Shown: positions 10,131-22,715 of the stretch, piece by piece | How positions within the stretch are numbered: the first letter of the stretch is position 1 | How the letters are laid out: each line of letters opens with the position of its first letter | From: Eutreptiella sp. 'Long Island Sound 2002' | Lineage: Eukaryota > Protista > Euglenida | Direction of reading: 5' to 3' | DNA: 33,000 nucleotides | Assembly: GCA_964036045.1 (NCBI GenBank) | Contig: OZ038378.1 | Location: forward strand, 184,481,001-184,514,000 | Made by a program: the position numbers and the translations under genes | Notes under the pieces: model-generated | Databases searched by the model: none | Told to the model about the DNA's origin: nothing | The model's input: only the letters and a program-made list of their open reading frames with translations

Positions 10131-12833
10131 GATGGTGGGAATCTATGTGTTCCTCTTGGTCCATCATGCATTTTATTTGGGGCTCCTCTCGTGGTCTCCC
10201 TCCTCCAATTATGCAACCTGGATCTTAAACGGCGGATGCCCTCTCTACAATGACGCCCCCCCCACACACGCACCAGTGCCCAACATTCTGCTGCAGGATC
10301 CAAATTCTGATCTGAGTCGATTGCTACAGAACGGACAAAACGGGTTTGTCCTTGCGTGTCCAACGTCATGCTGTCAACCTGTCATGCTGTCAACAACTGT
10401 AGAAAGCAGTGATACCATCGTTTCCACATCGATTGGCCATCTGATGAGTGCGACACGGCGCTACAGCTGCAGGGTCGGTCTGGATGGGCCTGTGAATTGA
10501 TTTCCCAGGCCAGCCCATGAATTTTCGACGCACGCAGCAGCATTCCGCGTGGCTCAAGCTACTGAGGATTCCATTGGGGCGGAGGGATCCATTCCCATTG
10601 GCAAAGCTGCTGCTTCGCTCATGGAACCCAGGCAAAGCATGAACGCTGTTTGGACCACAGGAGACCGCAGGAAGGCGGCCATGGATTGGGATATGAGTGG
10701 AAGAGTCCACTGGGATGGGGACCAAGGATGCAAGATTGGTGGGGGTGGGGGTTGATTGGTTGGTGTAGGAGGTGAGGAAGACGGGGAATTGCAGCTTTCT
10801 GGGTGACAGGGGGTGAAGGGAGGGGAGGAGGTCGCGCTTTTATCCGTAGGCGCACATCTGCTGAGAAAATCACACGCGCGCATCAACATAGCCACAGGCG
10901 CATCGGGGGGAGTCGGGCGGGCAGATACAATTTACTACAGACAAAAGTAGAGGTCGTTGAACATTGTTGAGCTGCAAAGCCAAGGATCAAGAGGCAAAAA
11001 TTGGGGATGAAAGGATTGAGGGTGCAAACAAGCGTAAGGTGAACGAACCCAAGCAGCACAAGAACAGACGGATGAACGTCAGAAAGACCCTAAGTAGCCC
11101 CCATGCTACACTTGGCAAGGATGGGGAATAGGTTCCGAGGGATAGAAAAGTGTGGCACACCCGCCGCAACCGTCATCAGCAACGCCAGCAAAAAGGGTGC
11201 ACAGTGTTTGTGCAAGTCTGCTGGTTTTGAGCAAAACAACAAACGAATGCAAGCATCCGAAGAAATGAATACGCTCGAAAAGCCACTGGCCTCTGCGCCA
11301 ATGGCCGAACACTCCAAAACTCCGGAAATGTTCTCAATAACCGGGAGGTCACTTTCAAGGAATTTGCTGGAGATCCAAGGCAATCCCTTGGGACGGCTGC
11401 AGCCCGATTGGCTGACAATATGAAGGAGGCCCTAAACAGGATACTGCCACCTGTGTTGCGGCGCACCGGTATCATAATTGCGATCATCATCGCGGTAGGG
11501 AGGGGAAAGAGCTATCCCTGATGGGCACAGGGGCTGTTGAATGTTATAGACATCGCTCCAGTTTCCTGCTGCTTTGTATTGTGCACAGAGGGCGAGTGCC
11601 GTGCCAAAAGACACCGTTAGCCGTGGAGGGGTCAGATGAAGCCCCACGGCGCCTTGCAGCCGCCGCAGGACCCCCGAAGCCAAGGGACCTTTCAACACGG
11701 AAGCCTCCTCAGGGCGCCTCATCATCAGGTCTGCTCTGCCAATCCCGTTCTTCACTTGCGTTGTGATGGTCACATTACATTACATTGCAGGCCTTCCCAG
11801 GGGTACGGCACTGGCCAACAGCCTACAAGAACACCCCCCATGTACCCGGTACGGTCAGCACTGCACATGGCATCAGTAGTGTTTGCATTCCTTTCTAGAT
11901 GCACAGTGACACTGATGACAAGCTACCGTGCGAGTTGCTGATGCGGATGCAAGCATCTTCTTTGCTTTATCTTAGGGGGTTGCTCAGTCGTCCCCTGCTG
12001 CACCTGTGGCGTGCAGGAAGAGAGACCTACCCCTAATAGTAGTTTGGATCGTTTTGGCAGCTTGACAATGCATTTAGTCCTCCAGGTGGGCTGGTATGGG
12101 ACCACTCGTGGTCAATATTGCATTTTGCACTTTGCTTGACTAGACCATTTGGCCACATGCAAATGAACTTCGTTATTGAGGGACTCGGGCCATATGATGC
12201 TGGATGCAACTGGCTGGACTATCAGCTGAAGTATACCAACGAGGTTCGCAAGTTGTTGGGCATTGATCAATTTGGGCCCAACCATTCTGAAGGTTGTGCA
12301 AGTGTGTTTGTGTGTGGCGGGGGGGGTATGGTGATCCAATCCCCTGTACTGTAAATTTGTAACTGTAAATTGTAACTGTAAATTTGCGTCAAGTTGCTTA
12401 ATCATAGTATCGGTTGGTGCGGCTGGTGCGTTGCACACTTCCTTCTCAGGCACACAGCAGACGTTGCGTGCAAGGAAGACTTCGAATGGCAAAGCGAAGG
12501 CAGAGGCGGGTCCATCTTCAGGAAAGGTGGGAACCCAACATGCGGACGACGATGAGGTTTCTCTGGATTCATTTCAAAGCGCAGAAGATTGAACGCAGTG
12601 GCGCCCATGTTGTGGGGTTAGTAAATTTGAGTTCACGTCCCTTCTTTCTGCCATTTTTGCGATGTTTAGGCGGCAACAGTTTGGGGTTTAATGCTGGGCA
12701 TTGACGCTGATATCCTTGAACTTGGAGTTTTCGCAAACCGGCAGTTTCAGCGGCCTTGTTGATTGGTCTTTGAAGCTTAAGATAAAAATCACCAGTAGGC
12801 CGATGTTGAATTGGCGTACGGGAGCAGGGAGCA

Positions 12834-13276
12834 CCAGGGATGAATATAATACTGCCACAATTATGTTGGTGGGGCTGGGGGGGGGGGGCGGGGGCAAGGC
12901 TGAGAACGCCTGAAATGACGAAATGACGATTACGAAATCGCAATTTTCCACTGCTTTTTGCTTTGCAGGTGTGCCTCACCGTTGCATGTATCATCCTCTT
13001 CCAGCAGCCAGTCCTCCAGTTCGTCAAGTGACTGAGGATGAGGCTGAAATGGAACGCATTTTGGGGAAATGCGTCAAAAAGAACGTGAAAAACACTGTTC
13101 ATTGTTTTTTGGGTTGCGGCAAATCCAGTGCTTCGTCTTGTGTTTCAGAGAGGAGGGACCCAGGGCTGTGACTGCACTGTACTTTGGTTGGCCGGCATTT
13201 CGTAATCGTCATTTCGTCATCTGGGGGGGGGGGGGGGGCTGGAGGGGGACCCCCCCCCTGTTATATTCATCCCTGG
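12834..13276. mobile_element. MITE-like element with bipartite inverted ends
   Basis: CCAGGGATGAATATAA (12834-12849) versus its reverse complement (13261-13276). Perfect 24-bp inner inverted pair 12915-12938 and 13197-13220. Confidence 0.7.
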
Positions 13277-15320
13277 GGGACGCAGCACTGATCGTAAACG
13301 GAATGGGTACAACCAGTGGACAACAGTGTACCGTTGCACGTTGTGCATGGTGTAGCATGCGAAGCCCATCCCAGCTGTCTCTTATCCTGTTGTACCCGAC
13401 CTGCAGTGAGTTCTGCCGCGAGTAATCAAAATACACCCAAAGCCCCCGTAACGCGCACACCTGACCCCACTAACCCATGCTGGACGCCAAGGGGGCTGAA
13501 GCAGCACCTGGGAGCAAAGGTACGCCTGTCCCACTCTCATGCACGAAAATACGACCCACCGCCTGTTGACGAACAATGCAGACCAAGTTCCCCCCGAAAA
13601 CTCAAACCAGTGTGTGCACCCGGAAGTGCCAACCGGCAAACTTACCGAGCCTTCATGGCACCCCCCCCCCCTTGTGGTTTTCGACTGACAGCATCCAAAA
13701 CATCAAAGGTCCGCTGGCGTATGTGCAGCATCGTGCATCCATTCCTGGTGTGTACCGATTGCGCTGCAACCCAGCCTCCATCTGATGTGTTGATTCGGCG
13801 TGTTGAGCACTTGGTGATTCGGCCTGTGCTACAATGCCCCATGCGTTTGTGGTGGAGAGCACCCTTCCACCTTCACCAAATGGGAAAGGCTCCATCTGAA
13901 GCCTCCACCAGTGCGGCCAGGAGGGTGGACGCCAGGCGCAGGACGCTGCAATGCTGAGCAGGGCATCAAACGTTCTGCTTTCACTGATGTCCGTTGAATA
14001 CCTGAATTGCACAGGGCCGTCCGCCAGGTGATGACTGGAATCGCTTGATGGAGAAGCCGCTGCATTGTTCCCTTGTCAAATGCACCCAGGAGCAAGGCAA
14101 AGGCAAACATTTCCACATCGGATCATAACCCACTGCCACCGGCAGAGAGCGGTCTGTGGGGAGCGGAGTAAAGAAGAATGCAGCGGCAGTGCGAGTTGTC
14201 GCCTCGGCGTGTACCCGCCTGATGTGATACACACTGAAGGAAGGGCCAAGGGACGTTCTACGTGCTGTCTGGTCTCTCTCGACCTCTGACCGCGGGGGCG
14301 TGCAGGGCCAAGCCGGGAATGATGAGGCGTAGCGCCCCTGGGCACTGCAATGAATGGCGCGAGAGTTGGCTTACAAACGGTCGGAAGAGAAGGGGTATCG
14401 GAGTTGGCCACCAATCTCTGCAGTTGACAGTGTCTTCGGTCAGGAAATGTAGCCCTGACATCAAGTTTTTGCCTTGGTTTGTGCTGCCCTGCTTCAGTTT
14501 GGCGGTTGGTGCTCGGATTTGAATTCGTATTTCCAAAATTGTTCACAAGCAAGTGAAATTTTTTTGGGCTCCTGAAGAGCAGAAATGCACACCACACCCC
14601 ATGCTCCAAGGGCATGCCAAGGCGTTCAAAACGGTGATAGGATTCTACTCGTGTCACATCCTCGTGCACCAACAGTCCTCTAGTGAATCGTACCGTCTGC
14701 TGACTACAGTTGGGGTACAGACCCATGTCCACCAGCCTTAGAGGGAGGGTCATCATGGCTCATTAGCAAATGGAAGGGGCATCGGCTTGATGTTTGAAGC
14801 CACCAGGTGCCTGGTAACTGTAGCCTCCATGGGATACCGGCCTGTGATGGAGGTTGTTAGCGAAGGAGGATCAAAGGAGAACAGGAGCGGTTCCAGAGCC
14901 CGCTCTCCCTCAAATTTCTTCTTCACACGTCCCCACCTGATCCGCAAAGGAAAGCCACATGCACGAAGTGGCATATTTTGTTGAACTCTGCTGATGCGTG
15001 TTGTGCTTTGTGCAACACTCAGTAAGCACCAGGACGCATTCGTGGCATATTTGTTGTTGGTGTTGTTGTTGTGTCGGGCGCCCGTAACGGTGCTATGATA
15101 GCCGGCATGACAAGACGTTTCAGTGCACGTTGGTGATGATGTTGTATGTCATCTCGCATATCGTTGCAGCGGCTGTCTGGAGGGGAGCAGCAAAGGCCTC
15201 CACGGCGGTGTACCAGGTAGTGTGCATTGGAACCGTCTCCTTTTGGGTTCGAACCCCCCATTACGTAACCCCACTATCTGCACCCTGCGTGCACGTAACC
15301 CCATTGACTGCATGACCAAA

Positions 15321-15915
15321 CACAACTTAGAAAGTGGTGAAGTGGTATGTTTAATGTGTAATACGCGTTCCGCGTCATCCTCAAACACAATGATCGACCA
15401 CTGCTGTGGGTCAAGTCTCCGCGATGCCAATGGTCCTTTTGTTGCATCTGTACGATGTATGTTTACCCCCACAGGAATACAATCAAAGCAGTGGACGACA
15501 TCAGTGTAGTGCTGAGGCGTCTGGTGTTGATGCAATAGCAGGCAGCAGCAACACTGCCGGTGGGAGGTCAGAGGTGTAATCGCAAACCATGCTTCCGCTG
15601 CATTTCTAGCGCATTTCATTTTGGGTATGCGTACTCCATTTCCCCTTTTTTTTCTGTCTGGTCGGTACATAAAGCATAGCGATGTGCGGCGAGTTAAGGA
15701 GAGATCCTGGGTGTTCTCCAGGTCCAGCGAACCATTATAATTATTATGAGGGCCGTGGTTCTTCAAGCACCTCATCATCAGCCCCCCAATCAGTGGATTC
15801 TGGGCTGTATGGTCTGTATGATAACAACAGGAGGCTGCACTGCAAGCCATGCGGAAAAAAGATGGATGAGACTCGGGACGACTCACTGACGAAGCATGTT
15901 ACCTCAGGCATTCAT
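15321..15915 (+). pseudogene. Decayed zinc-finger coding region (CGGBP1/BED-like C2H2 fingers; probable hAT-type transposase N-terminus)
   Basis: LYDNNRRLHCKPCGKKMDETRDDSLTKHVTSGIH (15814-15915) fits the L-x-C-x2-C-x(14)-H-x2-S-x2-H pattern of CGGBP1-like fingers. Second degenerate unit HNLESGEVVCLMCNTRSASSSNTMIDHC at 15321-15404, separated by stops and a frame change. Confidence 0.55.
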
Positions 15916-17942
15916 GATGTTGCATGCGCCAAACATATTCAGTCTTTGTTTTTTGTTCTGCCGCTGATTGTACTACCTGGTAACAGATCGGCCTACTGTT
16001 GGTGCTGTGTGGGGTGCAGCGCAAACCACCCCGCCTGCATCTGATGACCAGACATGATGGGTGCTGCTGGTGGCTGCCGGTGACTTTGGTTGCAGATCAG
16101 AATATTGAAAGCCAGGAATGTTTCAACGGGATTCTTGTGTGCATTTGTCTTCTTGTGGCAGGGTCTGTTGGTGCATGGCAAAACAAGTTTCCCATCAGAT
16201 TGACTACTGCAGAACAGGTGACAAAAAGTTTCTTGGTGGGAGTTAAACCACCGTCAATTGGATCATCACACCGGGCATATACCACTAGAGTAAACAGCAG
16301 TTGGTAGACTACGGCTCAAGGACCATGTACAGACCGAGAGATATTTGGGCTTCCACATGACTCCAACTACAGAGCAACCAAAAGGAAGGTGTGTTTGGGG
16401 CCTGGGACTGAGATCCAGGGGCACTGGGAACCTGTTTTGCTGAAAAACTGGTCCGCCGATTTGTTCCGCTGATTTGTTGGGATTTCTTCGCCGATTTGGG
16501 GGGGGACGGGGGGTTGCTGTTGTGTGTGCGTGTCTGCATGTCCCCCTGCAGCTTCCGCTGAATCTTGTTGGCCGCCGCATTTTTTTTGGGTTCGTTGGTT
16601 CTCATCGTGTGTGTGTATGCGTTGATGGTCCGCGTTTGTGTTTTTGCGTGTGTGTCGGAGTCGTCTGACCGAATTGGATCTAGCCAGGAATTTGAGGCAC
16701 TTTTGACATCACCTGCTCGGGGATGTCCTATCACTAACAAGTGCAACATTCTTTGTGCTTGCTCAGCCTGCGCAACGCCTATTTTCTTCTGTGGAAGCTT
16801 CTGTGGAAGCGAAAGGGTGTAACCACGACAACGACGCAGACGCAACACTTGTTCCTGACCTCATTTCCGGGTCACATGCAGATACATTTGACTGAATCCC
16901 AGTATATCTGCATGTCCGACTGAATCAGACTCCTGCGATTTTCCCCTTACAATCTGTGAGCTGGTTGAAGGTCTGTACCCTCCCTCTGGCACACTGCCAC
17001 CAGGTGCACTCTGCAGTACATCAATAGTATGCTGTCAGCAGGTGCAGGCAGTCCCTTCCAACTGTTGCTGTATGTGCTGTTGGCCCCTCATGAGGCAGAA
17101 GAGGCTGCTGATAGAGGCCCCCATAACCATCATGTGGCACACTGACCATCATGTGGCATTGATTTGTGGTGTCGTGGGTGGTTCGAGCCCGTCGGCAATA
17201 ATTGCAGAACGGGAAGGAAGACGTCAGAATCCTGTTGATGCCATGCCATGGACAAGGTAAGAGAGACAAAGGGGCATGAGCAAAGAGGTGTGAGCTTCAG
17301 CGCCAGGGACATGGAGGCATTCAGCTTGGTACAGTAATTTTTGAGAGGTTGTGTGTTTTGTCGGGCTAAAGACCACACACGAGGCATCCCGCACATGGTG
17401 AGAAGATGTTGCTGGGACTCACTTTGTAACGTTGTCCTATGTTGTGTGCCGAGTTAGTAACAAGCAATGACTATGCATTGTGCACTCTGCTTATACACAT
17501 AAGGGCAGCATTAGTTGGATCCACTCGGGTTGCAGCATGAAGGGGGTAGAGAGCAAACCCCTGACACACGCATGCACGCGCATAGAGCGGAACAAACAGA
17601 GCAACAAAGCGGTGATCTGATTGTTTATTTGCATTGTCAGGCCACAACAACAGCCAAAGTGCTGCGCGATTAGGCACCTTTTGTGACAGTCGGAGCATGG
17701 TACTTGTGAATGCAGTTTGGAGCAGCCGTACCCACCCACCCTAACAACCTAGTTGGGGAGATGGTTGAGTAGTGACTCCACACCCTGTTTTTAGTTGTGT
17801 TGCCTGTTCCACCACAATCTCTATTGAATCAATAAAAGGGAGGATATAAGGCTATATAATCCATATTGGGGCCAATAAATCAGGGGGAGGGGGGGCAAGA
17901 CCATAGAAATAGCAACAAAGGACATACACACACACACACACA

Positions 17943-18400
17943 GGATCCCCGGTTACCTCAACCGGGCTAAGCGCAAGTCTCGCAACCGAAAGGTTGTGGG
18001 ATCAATTCCCGGATTGGGCATGCCTGGAGGCGGGCAGTGGCAGCCGTCAAAGGCATTCTTTCTGGGGAAAGCGCCAAATTGAGTAGGGCGTGGAGGCTGC
18101 CTCGCTGCCGCGAGCACCACCAGCTATGAAAGCCCCAATACGCACACAACACACGGGGCAACATGGCAATGACAGGCTCGTTGAACCAATACCGTGGAAC
18201 TGGCCCAGCGGAAGCCACGGAGCCACCACCCCAGTTCCAGGGTGGTCCTGGGGTAACGAGCCAAGATCTAGCCTAAAAGTGCATATCGGCCTTCACCGTG
18301 GGCCTCAGCGACAGGGAGCGACCCGACCCGAGGACGCCAGTGTGGCCATACAGGCTCAACCGGGAGACCCGGTAAAACTGGTGAACCCCGACACACACAA
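17943..18400 (+). mobile_element. tRNA-derived SINE, copy 1
   Basis: tRNA-like head (GCTAAGCGCAAGTCTCGCAACCGAAAGGTTGTGGGATCAATTCCC, with a degenerate B box), about 380-bp body and (AC)n tail. Preceded by a (CA)n run. Confidence 0.7.
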
Positions 18401-18888
18401 GGATCCCTGGCTCACTCAACCAGGCTAAGCGTAGGTCTCGCAACCGTAAGGTCGTGGCATCGATCCCCGGTTGGGGCATGTCTAGAGGCGGGCGGTGGTA
18501 GCCGTGCGTCAAGGGCATTCTTTCCCGGGGAAAGCGCCAAATTGAGTAGGCCGTGGAGGCTGCCTCGCTGCCGCGAGCACCACCAGCTGTGAAAACCCGC
18601 ATACACACACAACACACGGGGCAACATGGCGATGACGGGCTCGTTGAACTATTACCGTGGAGCTGGCCCAGCGGAAGCCACGGAGCTACAACCCCACTTC
18701 CAGGGTGGTCGTGGGCCAGTGAGCCAGGTTTTGGCCTAAGTGCATATCACACTGGTCGAGGGGCAGTACGGGGATGCACCCCTGGCCTGCACCGAAGGCC
18801 TGCTATAATGGGGAGCGACCCGACCCGAGGATGCCAGTGTGGCCGTACAGGTCCAACCGGGAAGACCTGGTAAAAACGGTAGTACCCC
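18401..18888 (+). mobile_element. tRNA-derived SINE, copy 2 (tandem)
   Basis: Starts GGATCCCTGGCTCA...TAAGCGTAGGTCTCGCAACCGTAAGGTCGTGGCATCGATCCCC and is colinear with copy 1, with an extra segment near 18750-18790. Confidence 0.7.
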
Positions 18889-19029
18889 AAATTCCCGGCA
18901 GCGGGCGGTGCATAGCCTCTAATTGCCGCACTTGCAAAAAACGCCGTGAGTGTGGTGTTAATCGCATGTGCTAGGATGGCAGCCCCTGAAAGAGAGTTCC
19001 ATATTTTGAGGGCCGAGTACCATCGCTGG

Positions 19030-19500
19030 AGAATTGCTGTAGTGGCATCCTGTGTGTGTGTGTGTTTGTTTGTGTATGAGGTATTTTAGAGTAGGGTTTT
19101 TGGGACCCTCCAACCCCTCCAAACGCAAGAGGTTGAGACAGCTCCTCACAACCAAGGAGCCACTGTTAATCCAAATTTTGGACGTTAGCAGCACGGGCAC
19201 CCTCTTGTCTGGTGGCCAGGAGTGTCCTTCGGGGCCAGCAACAGAGATAAAGACTTCCATTATGTCTTTTCTAGTAACGTATCACTCTTGCAAGGGGAGT
19301 GTGCGGCTGTCGTGCAGGCGCCGAGGGACTCGCCCAAAGACGTCCCACTGCTTATCTCTTGTCAAAGTGAGTCTTTGAGATACCAAATAGGGTCATGCAG
19401 GGCATCGCGGCGCCCTGGTACTAGCAACCAAAAGAGGCTTGGCCCATTGTAAGGCACATTCAACGACACTGTGCCGAGCGACCGGCAGAGGTCCAATGGG
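19030..19500 (-). mobile_element. Probable LINE 3' fragment ending in a (CA)n tail
   Basis: Mostly open, stop-interrupted minus frame running into CATACACAAACAAACACACACACACA. Weak HSVVEC knuckle-like motif. Confidence 0.3.
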
Positions 19501-19629
19501 GCACTAGGGGCGTCGGCCGAACACACTACCTTTTATTTGTTTCTTTGTGCTGTCAGTGAAGCAGCACATCTGCCTGACCCCCCCCCTCCCCCGCTCCTCA
19601 ACCCCTCAGTCAGACCGGCTAGCAACGCC

Positions 19630-20010
19630 ACCAAGGTCTCATCAAAATGACCCAGGGGCAGAGGTTCCACGCAGTTTACCACCACACCCAGAGTCCCCGC
19701 TCAATCTCAGCGGGGAAGAGACACACAATACCGGGGACACCCCAAGCTCATCAAAGTACTCACCGAGAGGAGTTCGAACAGCGGAGTTCCGTGGCGGATG
19801 CCTCTTGATGCCTGGGACCTGTCATCGCTGGTTTCCACACCGTACACCATCCCATCTCCACACACGCCAGAGCTTAGCCCATTACTGTACACACCTTTAA
19901 GCAGTGCGGAGGTACGACACATGATCAAGCAATCAAAACATGCGTGGGGGACAATAAGACAGGTATTCTCATAACACAAACCCCTCCCCAAACCCCTCAA
20001 CCCTTCCAAG
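19630..20010 (+). mobile_element. Probable LINE ORF2 fragment (just upstream of the RT domain)
   Basis: One frame reads ...ELSPLLYTPLSSAEVRHMIKQSKHAWG, resembling the P-x-T/S-x-x-EV-x3-IK-x2-K-x-x-x-G segment that precedes non-LTR RT domain 0/1. Confidence 0.4.
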
Positions 20011-20545
20011 CACAAGAGCTCTAGCGGACCCCGCAGGCTTCAGCCCCCGTGGCCGCCGATAGCACGGTGGACTCGCCTAAGGGGGCCTCCACAAGGGCGA
20101 CGCTACGGGAGCACGAAAGCGGAAACGGGATGCAGGATGCAGGTTGCGGTAGGAGCACCGACGCCACCCCATCTTGTTGCATGTTGCATGTTGCCTAACA
20201 ATCAGCCTCAACCCAGTTTCTTGACGCAGTGCCCTCCGCTATGTCCTCCCCTGGGGGGTTAGCCAATCCCCAGGGGCAGTGCCCTCTGCTAGCCCCCCCC
20301 CCCCCCCGGGGTTGTGGCGCGCACTGTGCACAATGGGCGCGCGAAAAGTGCTGTTCATTTTTGTTTTTCTGCCGACGTTCCAGTAACTTGTTCTAGTGAC
20401 GTTCCGGCGGTGTTCTAGCGGCCATTGTAACACCGCTGGAACGGCTGGGGGTATGCGTACAATGGAACATATGGTTAAGTCGCATAGTCGTAGGACGTAG
20501 TTGTTGAACCTTGCAATTTGAGCATGATTTGAATTGAATGGGTGT

Positions 20546-20593
20546 CCGCGCGCGCGCGCGCGCACGCACACACACACGCACACACACACGCAC
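20546..20593. repeat. (CG)n/(CA)n compound microsatellite
   Basis: Directly visible. Confidence 0.92.
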
Positions 20594-21030
20594 GCACACA
20601 CGCAAACACACACGTAGTGTGCAAATTTTCACAATTGGGTTCTCAAAAGTGCACCTAGTGTTGCCCAAACATGCCTTATGTAGGAGTTCCTTCCCATTTC
20701 CTGCCAAAATTGGGGGGTTTGGAAAGCAGCAAAAGCCGCGCCCATAACATGCTTGGGAGATGGTATCCCCCGTTAGAGTTAGAGGTGTGCAGTCTGTACA
20801 TCCTTCAAAGTTGCAAACGGCTATTGGGAAATGGTGAAGGGTTGCCTGTGCCCTCTGTCATGTGATCAATTCGGAACATTGCATGCCAAGAGGAAATCCC
20901 AACTGCCACTCTGCTTGAGAACACATCGTCCATTTTTCTTTAGAACAATCTTTTGAAGGTTGATAACAAACATTTGAGCTGAAGGCAGGGATATTAATAA
21001 GAATTGCGCCATTTTGGGGGCGGGTGGGGG

Positions 21031-21365
21031 CCTCACGCACATGGAAATGCAGCGAGGCAGGTTGCAGACGACCGGAGGGTGCAGGTGCATGAGCAGGAAA
21101 AGCTGTCAAACAACCCCGCGACAACCAGCACAACCGCAGTACGCCAACTACTGAGCACCGCTAACGCACAAACGGCACCCGCCACAACCAGCACAGCCCC
21201 GGCACACGAGCCATTGGGCTCCGCGAACGCGGAAACCGCACCAGCAGGAGCACAGGCCGCAGCGGCCAACAACATGCAGTGACCCGACGCAACATGCAAA
21301 GGGAAGAACGGGTGACTGTCCATGGCCCTGTAAAGAAACAACAACCCGACGAAATGTCACACAGG
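21031..21365. repeat. Dispersed repeat, copy 2
   Basis: Shares TAACGCACAAACGGCACCCGCC, CACCAGCAGGAGCACAGGCCGCAGC and GGGAAGAACGGGTGACTGTCCA with 8991-9310. Confidence 0.85.
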
Positions 21366-21699
21366 GGGTTGGCCAACCATGGACACATGGGTTGATGTCC
21401 ATGGTATGTCCATGGTTGGCTGTCACAGTATGGACATTGATGCTATGGATGAGTTGTTCCTAATGTTGTGTAGTCCCTGTTGTACCCTATTTTTCTAGAA
21501 AGATTGTGTGCTTCCTATTGTTCCCTATTTTTGTGGACAGCCGCATGCCAGAAAAAAAATGGTCCGACCAACCCCCCCATCTTATTGACAACACTTGCTG
21601 AGGGGGGTACATGATTTTCATCATTGGAGAATGCACATATGGGTAACAGGTGCACAGTGTGTGCCTAGTGCACACCCTTTTGGGTCGCTATACCGCGTT

Positions 21700-22512
21700 C
21701 CCCCCCCTAGACTAACCCTCACAAGATCACCCCACATGACGAAACCAGCACCAAGAGAACGGCAGGCAAATGGTCATCTGATCAACCTTTCACTGCCACA
21801 GTTGTGCAAAGATGTGCTCCACATGAGCATGATATCCCCCATGTACATCATTGCCTTCTCATTGCATACACACAATCCTTGGCTTGTGCTGAGGTACCTA
21901 GTGCCTGCGATGCCTACAAGTCCCCATTCAAGTACCCCATCACTCCACTAGGGCTCAAACTGGTAGATAGCTTCCAAGACACGTAGCTGGAACCTTGCTA
22001 GTAAGTATGGTGGCGCAGCCGTTACCCGACCAACGCCACACTTCCTGCCAACATGTGTGAATGTGGCTACATAACCCTTGCGACAGCCCATTCTAATAAT
22101 AGGATGGGAATTGGCCATGTATCCCTTGCCATATTGGGCTGAATAAAGTTCGAAACATGGGCCTACCAAACGGGGAACAAAGTGGCATGCATCAAAACAA
22201 TCTCTCACAGCGCATCATGGGCATCACCCAAGCCAAAAGAGAAAAGGATACACCATGCGCGCATGTTAGGACCCCGGGTGGAAATCCTTACCAACTCTCC
22301 ACAGTATTCACCAATCTTCTGCGAGCCTACATTGGTTGCATCAATTTCATGAACGCCTTTCTTTTTGGCCCTCCATTGGTTTCATTCTCATCCACATGCC
22401 TCCTTGTCCTCACTGCGCTTCTGTTCTCATGTCATGAGCCATCAGCGCACGGCTCCATGGCATTGCCCTTGCTTGGAGTACTCAAACTGTCTGTCGTGTG
22501 AGTGAGTGAGTT
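21700..22512 (+). mobile_element. Possible decayed LINE 3' end
   Basis: Stop- and frameshift-riddled coding-like sequence with a PPCPHC motif near 22400, ending in a short (GTGA)n run at about 22497-22510. Confidence 0.25.
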
Positions 22513-22715
22513 TGCCTCATTTCATCTCTCCAAGTAGTCATGGTGGTCAGATCAGATTTTTTCTGTGCTCCATTTGAAAGTAAAAAACAAACAACAAAAA
22601 AGTGTGCTCTAACTCTGGTCTTGTCATACACCCCGAATAAGAAAGGTGTTCTTTTTGCTTTTTTAAGGTATCACATGAGTGTGGTGTGACACTTTGCATG
22701 CTCGCACGATATTTA

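Noticed and set aside
10340-10510. Second PHD-like remnant (NNCRKQ*YHRFHIDW...GWACE)
   Set aside because: Too many ligands are missing and it contains stops, so it cannot be supported.
14076-14756. 226-aa minus-strand ORF
   Set aside because: No recognisable motif, and a competing plus frame is similarly open. Coding strand cannot be established.
17943-18020. Intact tRNA-Ala(CGC) genes at the SINE heads (also 18401-18478)
   Set aside because: Acceptor, anticodon and T stems do not pair properly and the T loop is mutated. Treated as SINE heads.
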